Below, piece after piece: positions 38,275 to 48,539 of a stretch of 64,000 nt of DNA. Source of the stretch: Alphaproteobacteria bacterium (GTDB lineage Bacteria > Pseudomonadota > Alphaproteobacteria > SP197); NCBI GenBank assembly GCA_964291265.2, contig OZ219746.1, positions 128,001 through 192,000 on the forward strand, in the 5' to 3' direction. The translations under genes were made by a program, and so were the position numbers. Positions within the stretch are counted from its first letter, which is position 1; each line of letters starts with the position of its first letter. A model generated the notes under the pieces. That model saw nothing but the letters and a program-made list of their open reading frames with translations. It searched no databases and was not told the DNA's origin.

Positions 38275-39383
38275 GACAACACCAGATCGTCCCTGTGGAT
38301 CAGTTCCTCGCGACCTCGATAGCCCAGGAGCCGTTCGATTTCACTGCTTTTCTGGCCGGCGATGGATTCGGCGTCGTCCCGGGAGTAGGCAACGAGTCCA
38401 CGGGCGATCTCGACTCCGTCCGGATCTTCGACAATGACGGCATCACCCTTGCGGAAGGCGCCGGAAAACCCTGTCACGCCGGCCGGCAGAAGGCTGCGGC
38501 CGCGATTGAGGGCGGCATGAGCCCCGGCATCCACGGTGATGGTGCCGGAGGGTTTGAGGGACCCGGCAATCCAGCGCTTGCGGGCGCCGGCGGGATTGTC
38601 CCTGGCCATGAACCACGTGCAGGGCCTGCCTTCGAGAATGGCGCGCAGGGGATGCTGGATGTGCCCGTTGGAGATCACCATGTGGCAGCCCGCCGTCATG
38701 GAGATTCCGGCGGCGATGAGCTTGGTCTTCATGCCGCCTGACGAGTCGCCGGGCCGGATCCGGCCGGCCATGGCCTCGATGCGGGGCGTGACCGCGTCAA
38801 CCTGTTCCACCAGGGGCGCATCGGGATCGTCCTTCGGGTCCCTCTCGTAGAGGCCGTCGACATCCGACAGCAGGACGAGGGTATCGGCGCTCGCCATCAT
38901 GGCGACACGGGCCGACAGCCTGTCGTTGTCGCCGAACCGGATTTCGTGGGTGGCGATGGTGTCGTTTTCGTTGATGACCGGGACGATGCCGTACTTCAGG
39001 AGGCGGTTGAGAGTGTTGAGCGCATTGATGTAGCGTCGGCGATCCTCGGTATCGTCGAGTGTGAGGAGGAGTTGCGCAGTGCCCGTGTCGTGGCGGCCGA
39101 GGGATTCCTGGTAGGCGTGGACCAGCCGTGCCTGGCCGGCTGCGGCTGCGGCCTGGCTGTCGTCGAGACGCAGGCGTCCCGGGGGGAGATCGAGATGGCG
39201 TCGACCGATGGCAATGGCGCCGGAGGTGACGATCACCACCTCGCAGCCGCCGTTGCGCATGAGGGTGATGTCGTCGGCCAGGGAGTGGAGCCAGGACCGC
39301 CGGATCCGTCCTTCATGTTCGTCCACGAGCAGTGAGGATCCGATCTTGATGACGATCCTGCGGGCCTGGTCCAGCCGGGGCAC
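38271..39383 (-). CDS. proB: Glutamate 5-kinase
   Basis: VIKIGSS, INENDT, FGDNDRL, GGMKTK, PUA domain. Confidence 0.97.
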   Translation of the reverse strand: MPRLDQARRIVIKIGSSLLVDEHEGRIRRSWLHSLADDITLMRNGGCEVVIVTSGAIAIGRRHLDLPPGRLRLDDSQAAAAAGQARLVHAYQESLGRHDTGTAQLLLTLDDTEDRRRYINALNTLNRLLKYGIVPVINENDTIATHEIRFGDNDRLSARVAMMASADTLVLLSDVDGLYERDPKDDPDAPLVEQVDAVTPRIEAMAGRIRPGDSSGGMKTKLIAAGISMTAGCHMVISNGHIQHPLRAILEGRPCTWFMARDNPAGARKRWIAGSLKPSGTITVDAGAHAALNRGRSLLPAGVTGFSGAFRKGDAVIVEDPDGVEIARGLVAYSRDDAESIAGQKSSEIERLLGYRGREELIHRDDLVLS

Positions 39384-39396
39384 GGGACGTCAGTCC

Positions 39397-40395
39397 TCAG
39401 CCGTGGTTGCGCTGCCGGACGAGTCCCGCCAGCAGACGCAGGAGTGCCGGCACGCCCTCGCCGGTGACCGCCGAAACGGCATGGGCGTCGCAGCCTGCCG
39501 AACCGGAGAGCTGCCGCAGGGCCTCGTGCCTGTCGCGGTCGCTGACGGCGTCGATCTTGGTGAGAACCGGCACCATGGTGCGTGCCGCGAGGTCATGGCC
39601 ATAGGATTCGATCTCGCGGCGCACCGTCTGGAAATCGGCGGCAGGATCGCCGGTTGTCCCGTCCACGAGATGAAGCAGGGCGGCACAGCGTTCTGCATGA
39701 CCGAGGAAGCGGTCTCCGAGTCCCGTCCCCTGGTGCGCCCCCTCGATGAGACCGGGGAGATCGGCAAGAACGAAGCCGTCGTCGTTCCGCTCGACCTTGC
39801 CGAGATGGGGGTGGAGTGTGGTGAAGGGGTAGTCGGCGATCTTCGGATGGGCCCGTGTCACCACCGAGAGCAGGGTTGACTTGCCGGCGTTGGGCAGGCC
39901 GACCATGCCGATGTCGGCGATGAGCTTGAGACGCAGCCACACCCACATCTCCTCTCCGGGGCGTCCTGGCTCGGCATTCCGGGGGGTGCGGTTGGTCGAC
40001 GACTTGAAGCGGGCGTTGCCGCGGCCGCCGATGCCGCCGGGGAGCAGGGTCATCCGTTCGCCAGGGCGTGTCAGGTCCGCGAGAACCGTCTTCCTGTCTT
40101 CGGCAAGGACCTCGGTGCCGGGCGGCAGATTGATGACGATGTCGCTGGCGCTGGCGCCGGTGCGCTGGTTGCCGCCACCGGGCATGCCGGTCCGCGCCCG
40201 GAAGTGCTGGCGGTAGCGAAAGTCGATCAGGGTGTTGAGGCTTTGGACGCAGGCAAGGACAATGTTGCCGCCGCGTCCTCCGTCACCGCCGTCGGGCCCG
40301 CCAAATTCCACGTGTTTCTCGCGGCGGAAACTCACGGCGCCCCTGCCGCCGTCACCGCTCTTCAGGCAGATTTTCGCTTCATCGAGAAACTTCAT
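39397..40395 (-). CDS. obgE: GTPase ObgE/CgtA
   Basis: MKFLDEA, FRREK, GLPNAGKST, YPFTT, DLPGLIEGA, TKID. Confidence 0.97.
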   Translation of the reverse strand: MKFLDEAKICLKSGDGGRGAVSFRREKHVEFGGPDGGDGGRGGNIVLACVQSLNTLIDFRYRQHFRARTGMPGGGNQRTGASASDIVINLPPGTEVLAEDRKTVLADLTRPGERMTLLPGGIGGRGNARFKSSTNRTPRNAEPGRPGEEMWVWLRLKLIADIGMVGLPNAGKSTLLSVVTRAHPKIADYPFTTLHPHLGKVERNDDGFVLADLPGLIEGAHQGTGLGDRFLGHAERCAALLHLVDGTTGDPAADFQTVRREIESYGHDLAARTMVPVLTKIDAVSDRDRHEALRQLSGSAGCDAHAVSAVTGEGVPALLRLLAGLVRQRNHG

Positions 40396-40424
40396 GCCGG
40401 CAGTCCAGGCCAGGCATCGAAGCC

Positions 40425-40694
40425 TTACTCCGCGGCGAGGGGCGGTGGAACGACGTCGATGTAGGTCCGGGTGCGCCCTCGACGACGGAACTGCACGGTA
40501 CCGGTCGACGTGGCGAAGAGGGTATGGTCCCTGCCCATCCCGACATTGGCCCCCGCATGGAACCGCGTGCCGCGCTGGCGAATGATGATGTTGCCGGGAA
40601 TCACGTTCTCGCCGCCGAACTTCTTGACGCCGAGCCTCTGTCCCGGGGAGTCACGCCCGTTGCGCGAACTGCCGCCTGCCTTCTTGTGGGCCAT
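40425..40694 (-). CDS. rpmA: 50S ribosomal protein L27
   Basis: [16 protein letters not shown]. Confidence 0.98.
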   Translation of the reverse strand: MAHKKAGGSSRNGRDSPGQRLGVKKFGGENVIPGNIIIRQRGTRFHAGANVGMGRDHTLFATSTGTVQFRRRGRTRTYIDVVPPPLAAE

Positions 40695-40711
40695 GGATCA
40701 ATCCTCTCTCA

Positions 40712-41035
40712 TCAGGCGTTGCCGCCCGAGGAACTGTCGAGGATCTCCCTCACCCGGACGACGGTCTGTTGCTGGCGGTGGCCGGCGCGCCGACGATACT
40801 TCTTCCGGCGCTTCTTCTTGAAGACGAGAATCTTGGCCTGACGCTTGTGTTCCAGGATCTCGGCCTTCACGCTGGCGCCGATGGCGTTCGTGTCGATTGC
40901 GCCCTCGCCACCGACCATCAGGACTCTTGTGAACTCGACGATATCGCCGGGGCTGCCATCGAGGCGCTCCACGCTGAGCACACCCTCGGGCTCCACCCGG
41001 TACTGCTTGCCGCCGGTCTGGATGACTGCATACAT
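40712..41035 (-). CDS. rplU: 50S ribosomal protein L21
   Basis: MYAVIQTGGKQYRV...FKKKRRKKYRRRAGHRQ. Confidence 0.98.
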   Translation of the reverse strand: MYAVIQTGGKQYRVEPEGVLSVERLDGSPGDIVEFTRVLMVGGEGAIDTNAIGASVKAEILEHKRQAKILVFKKKRRKKYRRRAGHRQQQTVVRVREILDSSSGGNA

Positions 41036-41133
41036 GGTCTGTTCCGCCAGTCTGCGTCCTGCCACCATGGCAGAGGAGCGTTATACTGCGGGTCCCCGCA
41101 AAGTCAACATTCCGCGAGGGCCTCACCTCGCCG

Positions 41134-41556
41134 TCAGCGATAGAGTTCGTCCCACAGGAAGATGGTGCACACCATGAAGGCGAGGAGGGAATAGAGCAGG
41201 GTGGTGAACACCTCGTGCTGTGTGCAGGCAAACAGGGCTACCCGCCCCTGCTTGTCATGGCCGAAGATCGGCGGTGCGTGATCGGGAGCGGTCCGCTGGG
41301 TCATGATGACGGCCAGAGGAACGATGCCGAGAACATAGGCAAAGGGCGCCAGGTCACTGAGGTCCAGAAAGGGAAAGTAGCCGCTGGCCCCGAAGACGCC
41401 CACAGGAAGGATGGACCAGAAGAACCCCATGTTGGCCAGGAACTCGGTGTTCATTTCCGTGGCCTTGCCAAACCCGCGGCACAGCATTGCCAGGATGGCC
41501 GCGAGCAGAAAACCGCAGAACGTCCAGATGGCAAGACCGCTGCCTGTCAGTTCCAT
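41134..41556 (-). CDS. Small multi-pass membrane protein, unknown function
   Basis: About four hydrophobic segments; fills the gap between the SDR gene and rplU. Confidence 0.6.
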   Translation of the reverse strand: MELTGSGLAIWTFCGFLLAAILAMLCRGFGKATEMNTEFLANMGFFWSILPVGVFGASGYFPFLDLSDLAPFAYVLGIVPLAVIMTQRTAPDHAPPIFGHDKQGRVALFACTQHEVFTTLLYSLLAFMVCTIFLWDELYR

Positions 41557-41631
41557 GGATCGTTTCCCCGGGCGGTTGTGCAAGGTCCGCGAGCCGCGAT
41601 TATAGGGAGATCGTCAGGGCCTGCGCAACCG

Positions 41632-42393
41632 TCATCCCCTGCCGATGTACGGCATGCCGTTGGCCATGACGGTCACGAAGGGGATATTGGCATCGAGCGG
41701 CATGTTGGCGATCACGAGAATGGTGTTGACGACATGGGCGACGTCCATCACGGGTTCCGGCGCGATGCGCCCGTCGGGTTGTTCCAGGCCATCGCCCGCC
41801 CCTGCGGTCATGTCGGTCAGGGCGTTGCCGATGTCGATCTGGCTGCAGCAGATGTCATGGGCCCTGCCGTCGAGGCAGATGGAGCGGGTGAGGCCGGTCA
41901 CGGCGTGCTTGGTTGCCGTATAGGGAGCGGACAACGGGCGCGGCACGTGGGCCGACACCGAGCCGTTGTTGATGATCCGTCCGCCCCTGGGGTCTTGAGC
42001 CTTCATGAGACGCATCGCCTGGCGTGCCATCAGGAAGGATCCCGTCAGGTTGGTATCGACCACGGCCTGCCACTCGTCGATGTCCAGTTCCTCGAGAGGC
42101 GCGGCCCTGGCGCCGATGCCGGCATTGTTGAACAGGAGATCGAGGCGGGGGAAGCGCCGTTCGAAGCTGGCAAAGAGGTCACCGACCGATTCGGGTCGGG
42201 TGACGTCACACTGGATCGCGACGAGGCGTCCTGCAAGATCCGGGCGTTCCGCCACCACGCCGTCCAGGCGTTCCTTGCGGCGTCCGGCAAGAACGACATG
42301 AAAACCGTCATCGCCGAGTCCGAGCGCGACAGCCCGCCCGATACCTATGCTGGCTCCCGTCACGACTGCAACCCGCTGGCCGCTCTCACCCAT
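41632..42393 (-). CDS. Short-chain dehydrogenase/reductase
   Basis: [20 protein letters not shown]. Confidence 0.93.
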   Translation of the reverse strand: MGESGQRVAVVTGASIGIGRAVALGLGDDGFHVVLAGRRKERLDGVVAERPDLAGRLVAIQCDVTRPESVGDLFASFERRFPRLDLLFNNAGIGARAAPLEELDIDEWQAVVDTNLTGSFLMARQAMRLMKAQDPRGGRIINNGSVSAHVPRPLSAPYTATKHAVTGLTRSICLDGRAHDICCSQIDIGNALTDMTAGAGDGLEQPDGRIAPEPVMDVAHVVNTILVIANMPLDANIPFVTVMANGMPYIGRG

Positions 42394-42505
42394 GACCTCT
42401 TCCCTTCATCCTTGCACAGGCAGGATGTCGTTTCATCAAGCCTCACGATAGGGTCTTGTCGCGGAACGGTCATCCCCTTCGTCACCTCAACGCAGGACTG
42501 ATCCC

Positions 42506-43612
42506 ATGAAGATCACCCGCATATCCGTCCATGGCCTGGATCTCCCCTTTCGGGAAGGCGCCTACCGTTGCCGCAATCATACCGAACACGGACAGACGAC
42601 GAGCATGGTCAGGATCGACTCGGATGAGGGAATCAGCGGCTGGGGAGAGATCGCGCCCCTTGGCGCCTTCTACTCCGAGGCCTTCACCGGAAGCGTGCGC
42701 GCCGGACTGGAACGCCTTGGGCCCGTGCTGCTGGGTGCCGATCCAAGGGAAACGGACAAGCTTGCCCGTATCATGGATGCGGCGATGCAGGGTCAGATGG
42801 ACGTCAAGTCGCCGCTCGACATCGCGTTGTGGGATATGGCCGCGCAAGCGGCCGGACTCCCCCTGGCCGAATTCCTCGGCGGGCGTGACGGCGCCTCCGT
42901 CGCCCTCTACCGCCCGGTATCGCAGGCCTCGCCGGAGATCATGCTGGCCTCGGCCCGCCATCACGTGGCCGAGGGGTACCGCCGTCTGCAGGTGAAGGTG
43001 GGAGACGACCCGGTCCTGGACGCCAGCCGTCTTCAGACCATTGCCGATGTCATGGGCGGCAGTGTCGTCGTCTTCTGCGACGCCAACGGCGCCTGGACCA
43101 GCCACGACGCCTTGCGTTTCGTCGAGAGGACGCGGGGAATCGACTACGTTCTCGAACAACCCTGCCGGACTCTGGGCGAGAACCTGGCGGTGAGGCGCCA
43201 CGCGGCGATTCCGATGGTGCTTGACGAGAGTGTCGACAGTCTCGATGCGCTGCTGCGCATTCACCGCAAGGGCGCGGCCGACGGCGTCACCATCAAGATT
43301 TCCAGGTTCGGCGGCATCACCCGCGCCAGGCGGATACGCAACCTTGCGGTCGATCTCGGACTCATGGTCACGGTCGAGTGTGTCGGCGGGGCCGACATCG
43401 CGAGCGCGGCCATAGCCCACATGTCGCTCTCCACTCCGCAAGCGATGCGGCTCCACACGGTCGACTTTCATAACTGGACGACGGTGTCGAATGCCGCCGG
43501 GCTTCCGGATGTCTGCGAAGGCGTCATGCGGGCGCCGGTCGATTCCGGCCTCGGCGTGACACCACGCGACGACGTCATCGGCACACCGCTGTTCTCATGT
43601 CACGCTGCCTGA
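42506..43612 (+). CDS. Enolase-superfamily (mandelate racemase/MLE-like) enzyme, hydroxyproline(-betaine) epimerase/dehydratase-like
   Basis: GWGE..P, DIALWD, QVKVG, DANGAW, EQP, LDE, K.SRFGG. Confidence 0.85.
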   Translation: MKITRISVHGLDLPFREGAYRCRNHTEHGQTTSMVRIDSDEGISGWGEIAPLGAFYSEAFTGSVRAGLERLGPVLLGADPRETDKLARIMDAAMQGQMDVKSPLDIALWDMAAQAAGLPLAEFLGGRDGASVALYRPVSQASPEIMLASARHHVAEGYRRLQVKVGDDPVLDASRLQTIADVMGGSVVVFCDANGAWTSHDALRFVERTRGIDYVLEQPCRTLGENLAVRRHAAIPMVLDESVDSLDALLRIHRKGAADGVTIKISRFGGITRARRIRNLAVDLGLMVTVECVGGADIASAAIAHMSLSTPQAMRLHTVDFHNWTTVSNAAGLPDVCEGVMRAPVDSGLGVTPRDDVIGTPLFSCHAA

Positions 43613-45474
43613 TTGCCGCGCCCGATGAGCCGGACGGCTGGCCTGCCTGGCGTGATGGCCTGGAGGCTTGGCGACGGTCATGCCGTCTCACCGGGGCCAG
43701 GCCTGCCCGGGACTGGGTGGGCCGCTGCTTCACGGCACACAAGATCCTGCTCTGGGACGAACGGTTCCTCGACCGCGAAACCGGGGCATGGCTCGTCGAG
43801 GACTACGTCGACGCGTTCGAGGCGCGCTTCGGCCCCCTTGACTGCGTCATCCTCTGGCATGCCTACCCCAACCTCGGCTTCGACCAGCGCAACCAGTTCG
43901 ACTTCTGGCGCGGCATGCCGGGCGGCATGGAGGGCCTCGCCGACATGATTGCCCGCCTGCACGCCTGCGGAAGTCGTGTCCTCCTCGCCTACAACCCCTG
44001 GGATGTGGCGACCCGCAGGGAAGGCCGCGACGATGCCACCTGCCTGGCCGATCTCGTGACGGAGCTCGTTGCGGACGGCCTCTACCTTGACACACTGTCG
44101 TCTGCGGCGCGTGATCTCGCCACCGTGCTCGAGGATGCCAGGCCCGGTATCGTCCTGCAGTCGCAGGCCCTCGTGCCGCCTGACAGGCTCGCCGATCATC
44201 GCATGGGATGGGCGGAGTCATGGGATGATTCCTGGGCGCCGGGGGTCCTGGCCAACAGGATTCTGGATCGCCGCCACATGATCCATGTCGTGCGCCGCTG
44301 GATGGCGGACCACACGCCGGAGATCCAGCTGGCGTGGATGAACGGCACCGGCATGGTGGTATGGGAGAACATCTTCGGGTCGTGGAATGGCTGGCGAGAC
44401 CGGGATGCCGTTCAGTGGAGTCTGGCCAGCCGGGTTCTTCGCCGGTGGTTCCGTCACTTCAATGAAGGGGTGTGGACACCGCTCGCCTGCATGCCGGCGC
44501 CCGGGGTGTTTGCCTCGAGATGGGAACTCGACGGCGTCCGGTTGTGGACGCTCGTCAATCGCAATCGCCAACCGGCGTCCGGTATCCACATTCCCGTCGA
44601 GGCTCCGGCAGCCTGTGAACCCCTGGCCGGACGCCAGCTTGTCGTCAACGACAATCAGGTCGCGATCGACATCCCGGCCGTCGGTCTCGGCGCTGTGGTC
44701 GAGGAAACCGTGGAGAGTGATTTCCTGATCAGCCAGGCAGACCGGTACCGACAACTCGACCTTGCTCCACACAAGCCGTCCCGTCTCGTTCCCAGGGCCC
44801 GCATGCGCCCCGCAACCCAGGGCTCGGCGCAGGCGCCGATCGGCATGGTCCACGTGACCGGGGGGGTGTACGTGCGGCGCGCCCGTTTCAGGCTGCGCGA
44901 GTGCGGCATGTACGAGAGCGCCCGCGCAGGCGAGAGCACGGACCTGGTTCTCCCCGGACTCCATTCCGTGGTGTCCCTGGAGTTCAGGGAGGAGCTGTCG
45001 CCCTATGCCATCGACCGGTATTCCGTCACCGTGGCGGCTTTCCGGCGCTTTGTGGAGGAAGCCGGGTACTTGCCCGATACGCCCGGGTCCTTCCTCGAGG
45101 CTGGGGCCGGGCCTCACGAGCCGGTCACGCGGGTTGATCCCGACGATGCCCGCGCCTATGCATCCTGGCTCGGGCGACGCCTGCCTACGGAAGCGGAGTG
45201 GCAACGGGCCGCCGAGGACGGACTGCTGGACGATGACCCGGTGCGTGTCTGGAACTGGACCGAGCCTGAAATGAGCGACGGACGAACACGGTTCTGCATT
45301 GTGAAGGGGGGCAGTCATCACCACCTCAAGGGCTCCGACTGGTATGCCGATGGAGGGGTGCACGATGCGGCGTTTGCCGCCAAGTACCTCCTCATGTGGT
45401 CCGGTCTCGACCGCTGTGACACCATCGGATTCCGCACCGCGATCGATCTCCGGGACCCACCTCAGGCCTCGTGA
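43597..45474 (+). CDS. Trp-rich N-terminal catalytic-like domain + FGE-sulfatase (SUMF1-like) domain protein
   Basis: W..YPNLGFD.RNQFD, YNPWD, GLYLDT; C-terminal PVT.V...DA.AYA.WLG.RLPTEAEW, VWNWT, KGGS, IGFR. Confidence 0.8.
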   Translation: MSRCLIAAPDEPDGWPAWRDGLEAWRRSCRLTGARPARDWVGRCFTAHKILLWDERFLDRETGAWLVEDYVDAFEARFGPLDCVILWHAYPNLGFDQRNQFDFWRGMPGGMEGLADMIARLHACGSRVLLAYNPWDVATRREGRDDATCLADLVTELVADGLYLDTLSSAARDLATVLEDARPGIVLQSQALVPPDRLADHRMGWAESWDDSWAPGVLANRILDRRHMIHVVRRWMADHTPEIQLAWMNGTGMVVWENIFGSWNGWRDRDAVQWSLASRVLRRWFRHFNEGVWTPLACMPAPGVFASRWELDGVRLWTLVNRNRQPASGIHIPVEAPAACEPLAGRQLVVNDNQVAIDIPAVGLGAVVEETVESDFLISQADRYRQLDLAPHKPSRLVPRARMRPATQGSAQAPIGMVHVTGGVYVRRARFRLRECGMYESARAGESTDLVLPGLHSVVSLEFREELSPYAIDRYSVTVAAFRRFVEEAGYLPDTPGSFLEAGAGPHEPVTRVDPDDARAYASWLGRRLPTEAEWQRAAEDGLLDDDPVRVWNWTEPEMSDGRTRFCIVKGGSHHHLKGSDWYADGGVHDAAFAAKYLLMWSGLDRCDTIGFRTAIDLRDPPQAS

Positions 45475-45480
45475 CGATCC

Positions 45481-46035
45481 ATGATGCGGGCGATCAGACC
45501 GGACACCATCACCACGTCGCGCCTGGTTCTCGAACCACTGGACTTGCGTCACGCAACCCCCGTGACGCGTTTCTGCCGCCTGTGGGAGGTGGCCCGGTAC
45601 ACGACCAACATTCCTCACCCCTATCCTGCGGGTTGCGCCGAGGCCTTCGCCAAGGATGCCGCCAGCGAGAGGGAATCGGGAGGAGGCTGGGTCTATGCGG
45701 TCACCGTGGCTGACGGGGGTGATGTGATCGGCGTCATCGACATCACGCTCTGTGACAAGGACCGCACGGGCGAACTGGGCTATGCCTTTGCTCCCTGGAG
45801 CTGGGGCAACGGCTATGCTAGCGAAGCGGCACGGGCGTTGATCGGGTTCGCCTTCCGGATCCTGCGTCTCGACAAGGTCGAAGCCTTCGTCATGGCGGAG
45901 AACGAGGCCTCCCAGCGACTGCTCGCCAGAGTCGGCATGCGCCGGGTCGGAGAACGCATGATGCCGGCCCCGGCGAGAGAGCGGGAGGTCCTGTGCCAGG
46001 TCTTCCAGGTGTTCTGGTCATCGGTTCGCGCATGA
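45481..46035 (+). CDS. RimJ/RimL GNAT N-acetyltransferase
   Basis: T.RLVL, IPHPY, ELGY...WGNGYASEA, NEASQRLL..VG. Confidence 0.88.
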   Translation: MMRAIRPDTITTSRLVLEPLDLRHATPVTRFCRLWEVARYTTNIPHPYPAGCAEAFAKDAASERESGGGWVYAVTVADGGDVIGVIDITLCDKDRTGELGYAFAPWSWGNGYASEAARALIGFAFRILRLDKVEAFVMAENEASQRLLARVGMRRVGERMMPAPAREREVLCQVFQVFWSSVRA

Positions 46036-46442
46036 CGCGGCGATCAGATCTGCTGGTCGTGGTCGCCTGTGCTCTGGTGGATACCGACAATCGGGTTCTC
46101 CTTGGCAGGCGCCCCGAGGGAAAACCCATGGCTGGTCTTTGGGAGTTTCCGGGCGGGAAGGTGCGCGCCGGCGAGACTCCGGAACACGCCCTGATCCGGG
46201 AGTTGCGCGAGGAACTCGGTATCGATGTCAGCGAGGCCTGCCTTGCGCCCTTCACCTTCGCCAGTCACGCCTGTCGCGACTTTCATCTCCTCATGCCGCT
46301 CTACGTCTGCCGTCAATGGGATGGCGTGATCGCACTCCGGGAGCACTCCGATCTCGCCTGGGTCCGTCCCCGGCGCATGGCCTCCTGGCCCATGCCACCG
46401 GCCGACACTCCCCTCGTCGCCATGCTCTGCGACCTGCTGTAG
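46032..46442 (+). CDS. mutT: 8-oxo-dGTP diphosphatase (Nudix)
   Basis: RPEGKPMAGLWEFPGGK...ETPE.ALIRELREELG, PFTFASH, MPPAD. Confidence 0.93.
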   Translation: MTRRSDLLVVVACALVDTDNRVLLGRRPEGKPMAGLWEFPGGKVRAGETPEHALIRELREELGIDVSEACLAPFTFASHACRDFHLLMPLYVCRQWDGVIALREHSDLAWVRPRRMASWPMPPADTPLVAMLCDLL

Positions 46443-46749
46443 CGTCGGCGTTCGAACCGGTGGCATCGCCGTTGCCGCCCGGCGCCGGCATGATTTCGGC
46501 GGCCGTCCTGCCTCGTATTGCCTGAACCAGAAGCCAGTCCAGTTCCCCGGCTGTCATCGGACATTCCCGTCTGCCATGTGCAGCCATTGGATGTCGAGCG
46601 GGAGATCACGACGCCGAACACACAATCCCAGGTCAACCGGCTCCGGCTGGGACATCGTTGCGCAAGATGAAGGCCGGGGCGGACATGCCCCGCCATGACG
46701 GCGCCATCGGCAAGAGCCGGGTTCCGGGCAACACGTGCGCCACGGGCCG

Positions 46750-46803
46750 CAAGGCCGTCCCACGCTGGAATTCGCTTGATTTCTCTTGACGTCAGGCGTT
46801 CGT
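46750..46803 (+). repeat. Solo copy of the IS end found at 61436-61489
   Basis: 52/54 identical: caaggcc.tcc.acgctggaattcgcttgatttctcttgacgtcaggcgttcgt. Confidence 0.9.
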
Positions 46804-47337
46804 GGACTCACGACATGGAGGTTGCCGCACTGTCGTGACGGTGAATGCAAGGTTCGGCGTCTCTGGGACGAGGCGGTCGCGAAAAGCCTGGGCCGGGATC
46901 CGGACTGGCTGTCCGAATGGCGGCAGTTGTTGCACGGCGAGCCGCATGTGAGGGGGCTTGGCCGCAACCCGTACGGGGAGTGACGCCGATCACGTCCCGC
47001 CTCTACCCCTGACCCGAAATTCCCCGACAGTTGCAAGGTTGACGCGGGACCTGAGGAAGCCCGGGGAGACCAGGCGAGGGTGGCGGCGCTGGAGCGGGAG
47101 ATGGCCTCCCTGAAGCGCAGGAACGCTCAACCTGGAGGCTGAGGCAGCGAAGCTGGGCTCAGACCCGAGCCCAACGACAATACCTCACCGCACCAACGAA
47201 CGCTTGCGGGGGAGGAATGAGGTATCGCCTTTCCCTCCGACGCTGCAACAAACCACAGGAATCAAGTGGGTTGTATCAGGTGATCAACTCCACTGGCGCG
47301 GCATGCGATGTGATTGTGTTCAACATCCGCGCCTCGG

Positions 47338-48198
47338 TCATGAGTCGCGGAGGACTTCGGTGAGGCTGATGTCGCCCGAGCCGGGGCGGAGGGGTTGCTG
47401 CTGGGAGGCGTGGGGAGCCCAGGCTGTCAGGTAGATGATGTCGAAGGTGGCGGGGATTCTCGTTTCGTGATCGGCGTAACGGTCCCGGTAGAGGGATGCG
47501 GCGTGAAGGAAGACATCCCTTCGCGCGAAGGTGCGGGGGCGATCAGCAAGGGCATTGCCTTCCCCCATGGCCCTGAGGTCGCGCATGAGGGAGAAGGCGT
47601 CGGGATAGGTCACCATGATGCGGTCGGCGTCGACGACGGGCAGGGCAAATCCGGCGCGCTGCAGGAGAGCGCCGGCGTCCCTGACATCGACCATGGGCGA
47701 GAGGCGTGGCGAGAGGCCGCCCGTGATGATGATCTCGGCCTCCGCGAGCACGTGCCTCAGTTCGACGAGCGTTTCCCCGCCGAGGAGCGCGGCGAGAAAG
47801 AGGCCGTCGGGCTTGAGCGCCATGCGGACCTGGATCAGCGTGCCGACGAGATCATTGACCCAGTGCAGGGCGAGATTGCTGATGACGGCGTCGAGCGAGG
47901 AGGGAGCGAAGGGGAGGTTCTCCTCGTCGACAGCCAGGTGGCGGGCGAAGGCGGGCGAGAGATCGGCCTCGATGAGAAGGTCGGTCTTGCGCTTGCCGGC
48001 CATGGCTCGGGCGAAGGCGCCGCGTCGGGCGCCAAGTTCGAGAGCGACGGGGAAGCGTCGCGTGATGTCGTCGAGGCGGTCAGCGAGACGGCCGGCAACG
48101 TCTGGGAAGAGGAAGTCGGCTTCGCTGCCCCTGGCCGCCGCGGCGCGGTGACGCCGGACGGCGCGGCGATCGAAGGGACCCTCGTTCATGGGACCCAT
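47338..48198 (-). CDS. SAM-dependent methyltransferase (BioC/NDUFAF5-like)
   Basis: FDR..VR, ALELGA, DEENLPF, LHWVNDL, LLQRAGFALPVVD, DLRAMGE. Confidence 0.9.
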   Translation of the reverse strand: MGPMNEGPFDRRAVRRHRAAAARGSEADFLFPDVAGRLADRLDDITRRFPVALELGARRGAFARAMAGKRKTDLLIEADLSPAFARHLAVDEENLPFAPSSLDAVISNLALHWVNDLVGTLIQVRMALKPDGLFLAALLGGETLVELRHVLAEAEIIITGGLSPRLSPMVDVRDAGALLQRAGFALPVVDADRIMVTYPDAFSLMRDLRAMGEGNALADRPRTFARRDVFLHAASLYRDRYADHETRIPATFDIIYLTAWAPHASQQQPLRPGSGDISLTEVLRDS

Positions 48199-48275
48199 GG
48201 TGAAGGGCGGAGCGGGGTGGCACAACCCGGACCGGAGCTGCTATGGTCGCGCAGGATACGCTCGAGAGAATCGCC

Positions 48276-48539
48276 ATGGTCGAGGTCGTCGTCTACACGA
48301 CCATGTTCTGCCCCTACTGTACCGGCGCCCGGGACCTTCTCAGGTCGCAGGGTATCGCGTTCGAGGACATCGACGTGACGCTCGATGCCGCCAGGAGAAA
48401 ATCCATGGCCCGCATGGCCGGTGGCCGGCATAGCGTGCCCCAGATCTTCATCGAGGGGGAGGCGATCGGAGGCTACGACGACCTTCTCCGTCTCGAGCGC
48501 AACGGCGAACTGGCAGCCAGACTGGGGGAGCCGGCATGA
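48276..48539 (+). CDS. grxC: Glutaredoxin 3
   Basis: YTT.FCPYC, SVPQIFI, IGGYDDL. Confidence 0.95.
   Translation: MVEVVVYTTMFCPYCTGARDLLRSQGIAFEDIDVTLDAARRKSMARMAGGRHSVPQIFIEGEAIGGYDDLLRLERNGELAARLGEPA

Noticed and set aside
43597-45474. FGE-domain protein as selenoneine/ergothioneine synthase (SenA/EgtB), given the selenium locus
   Set aside because: Lacks the DinB-like N-terminus and HxxxH iron motif, has no senB neighbour, and lies over 20 kb from selD
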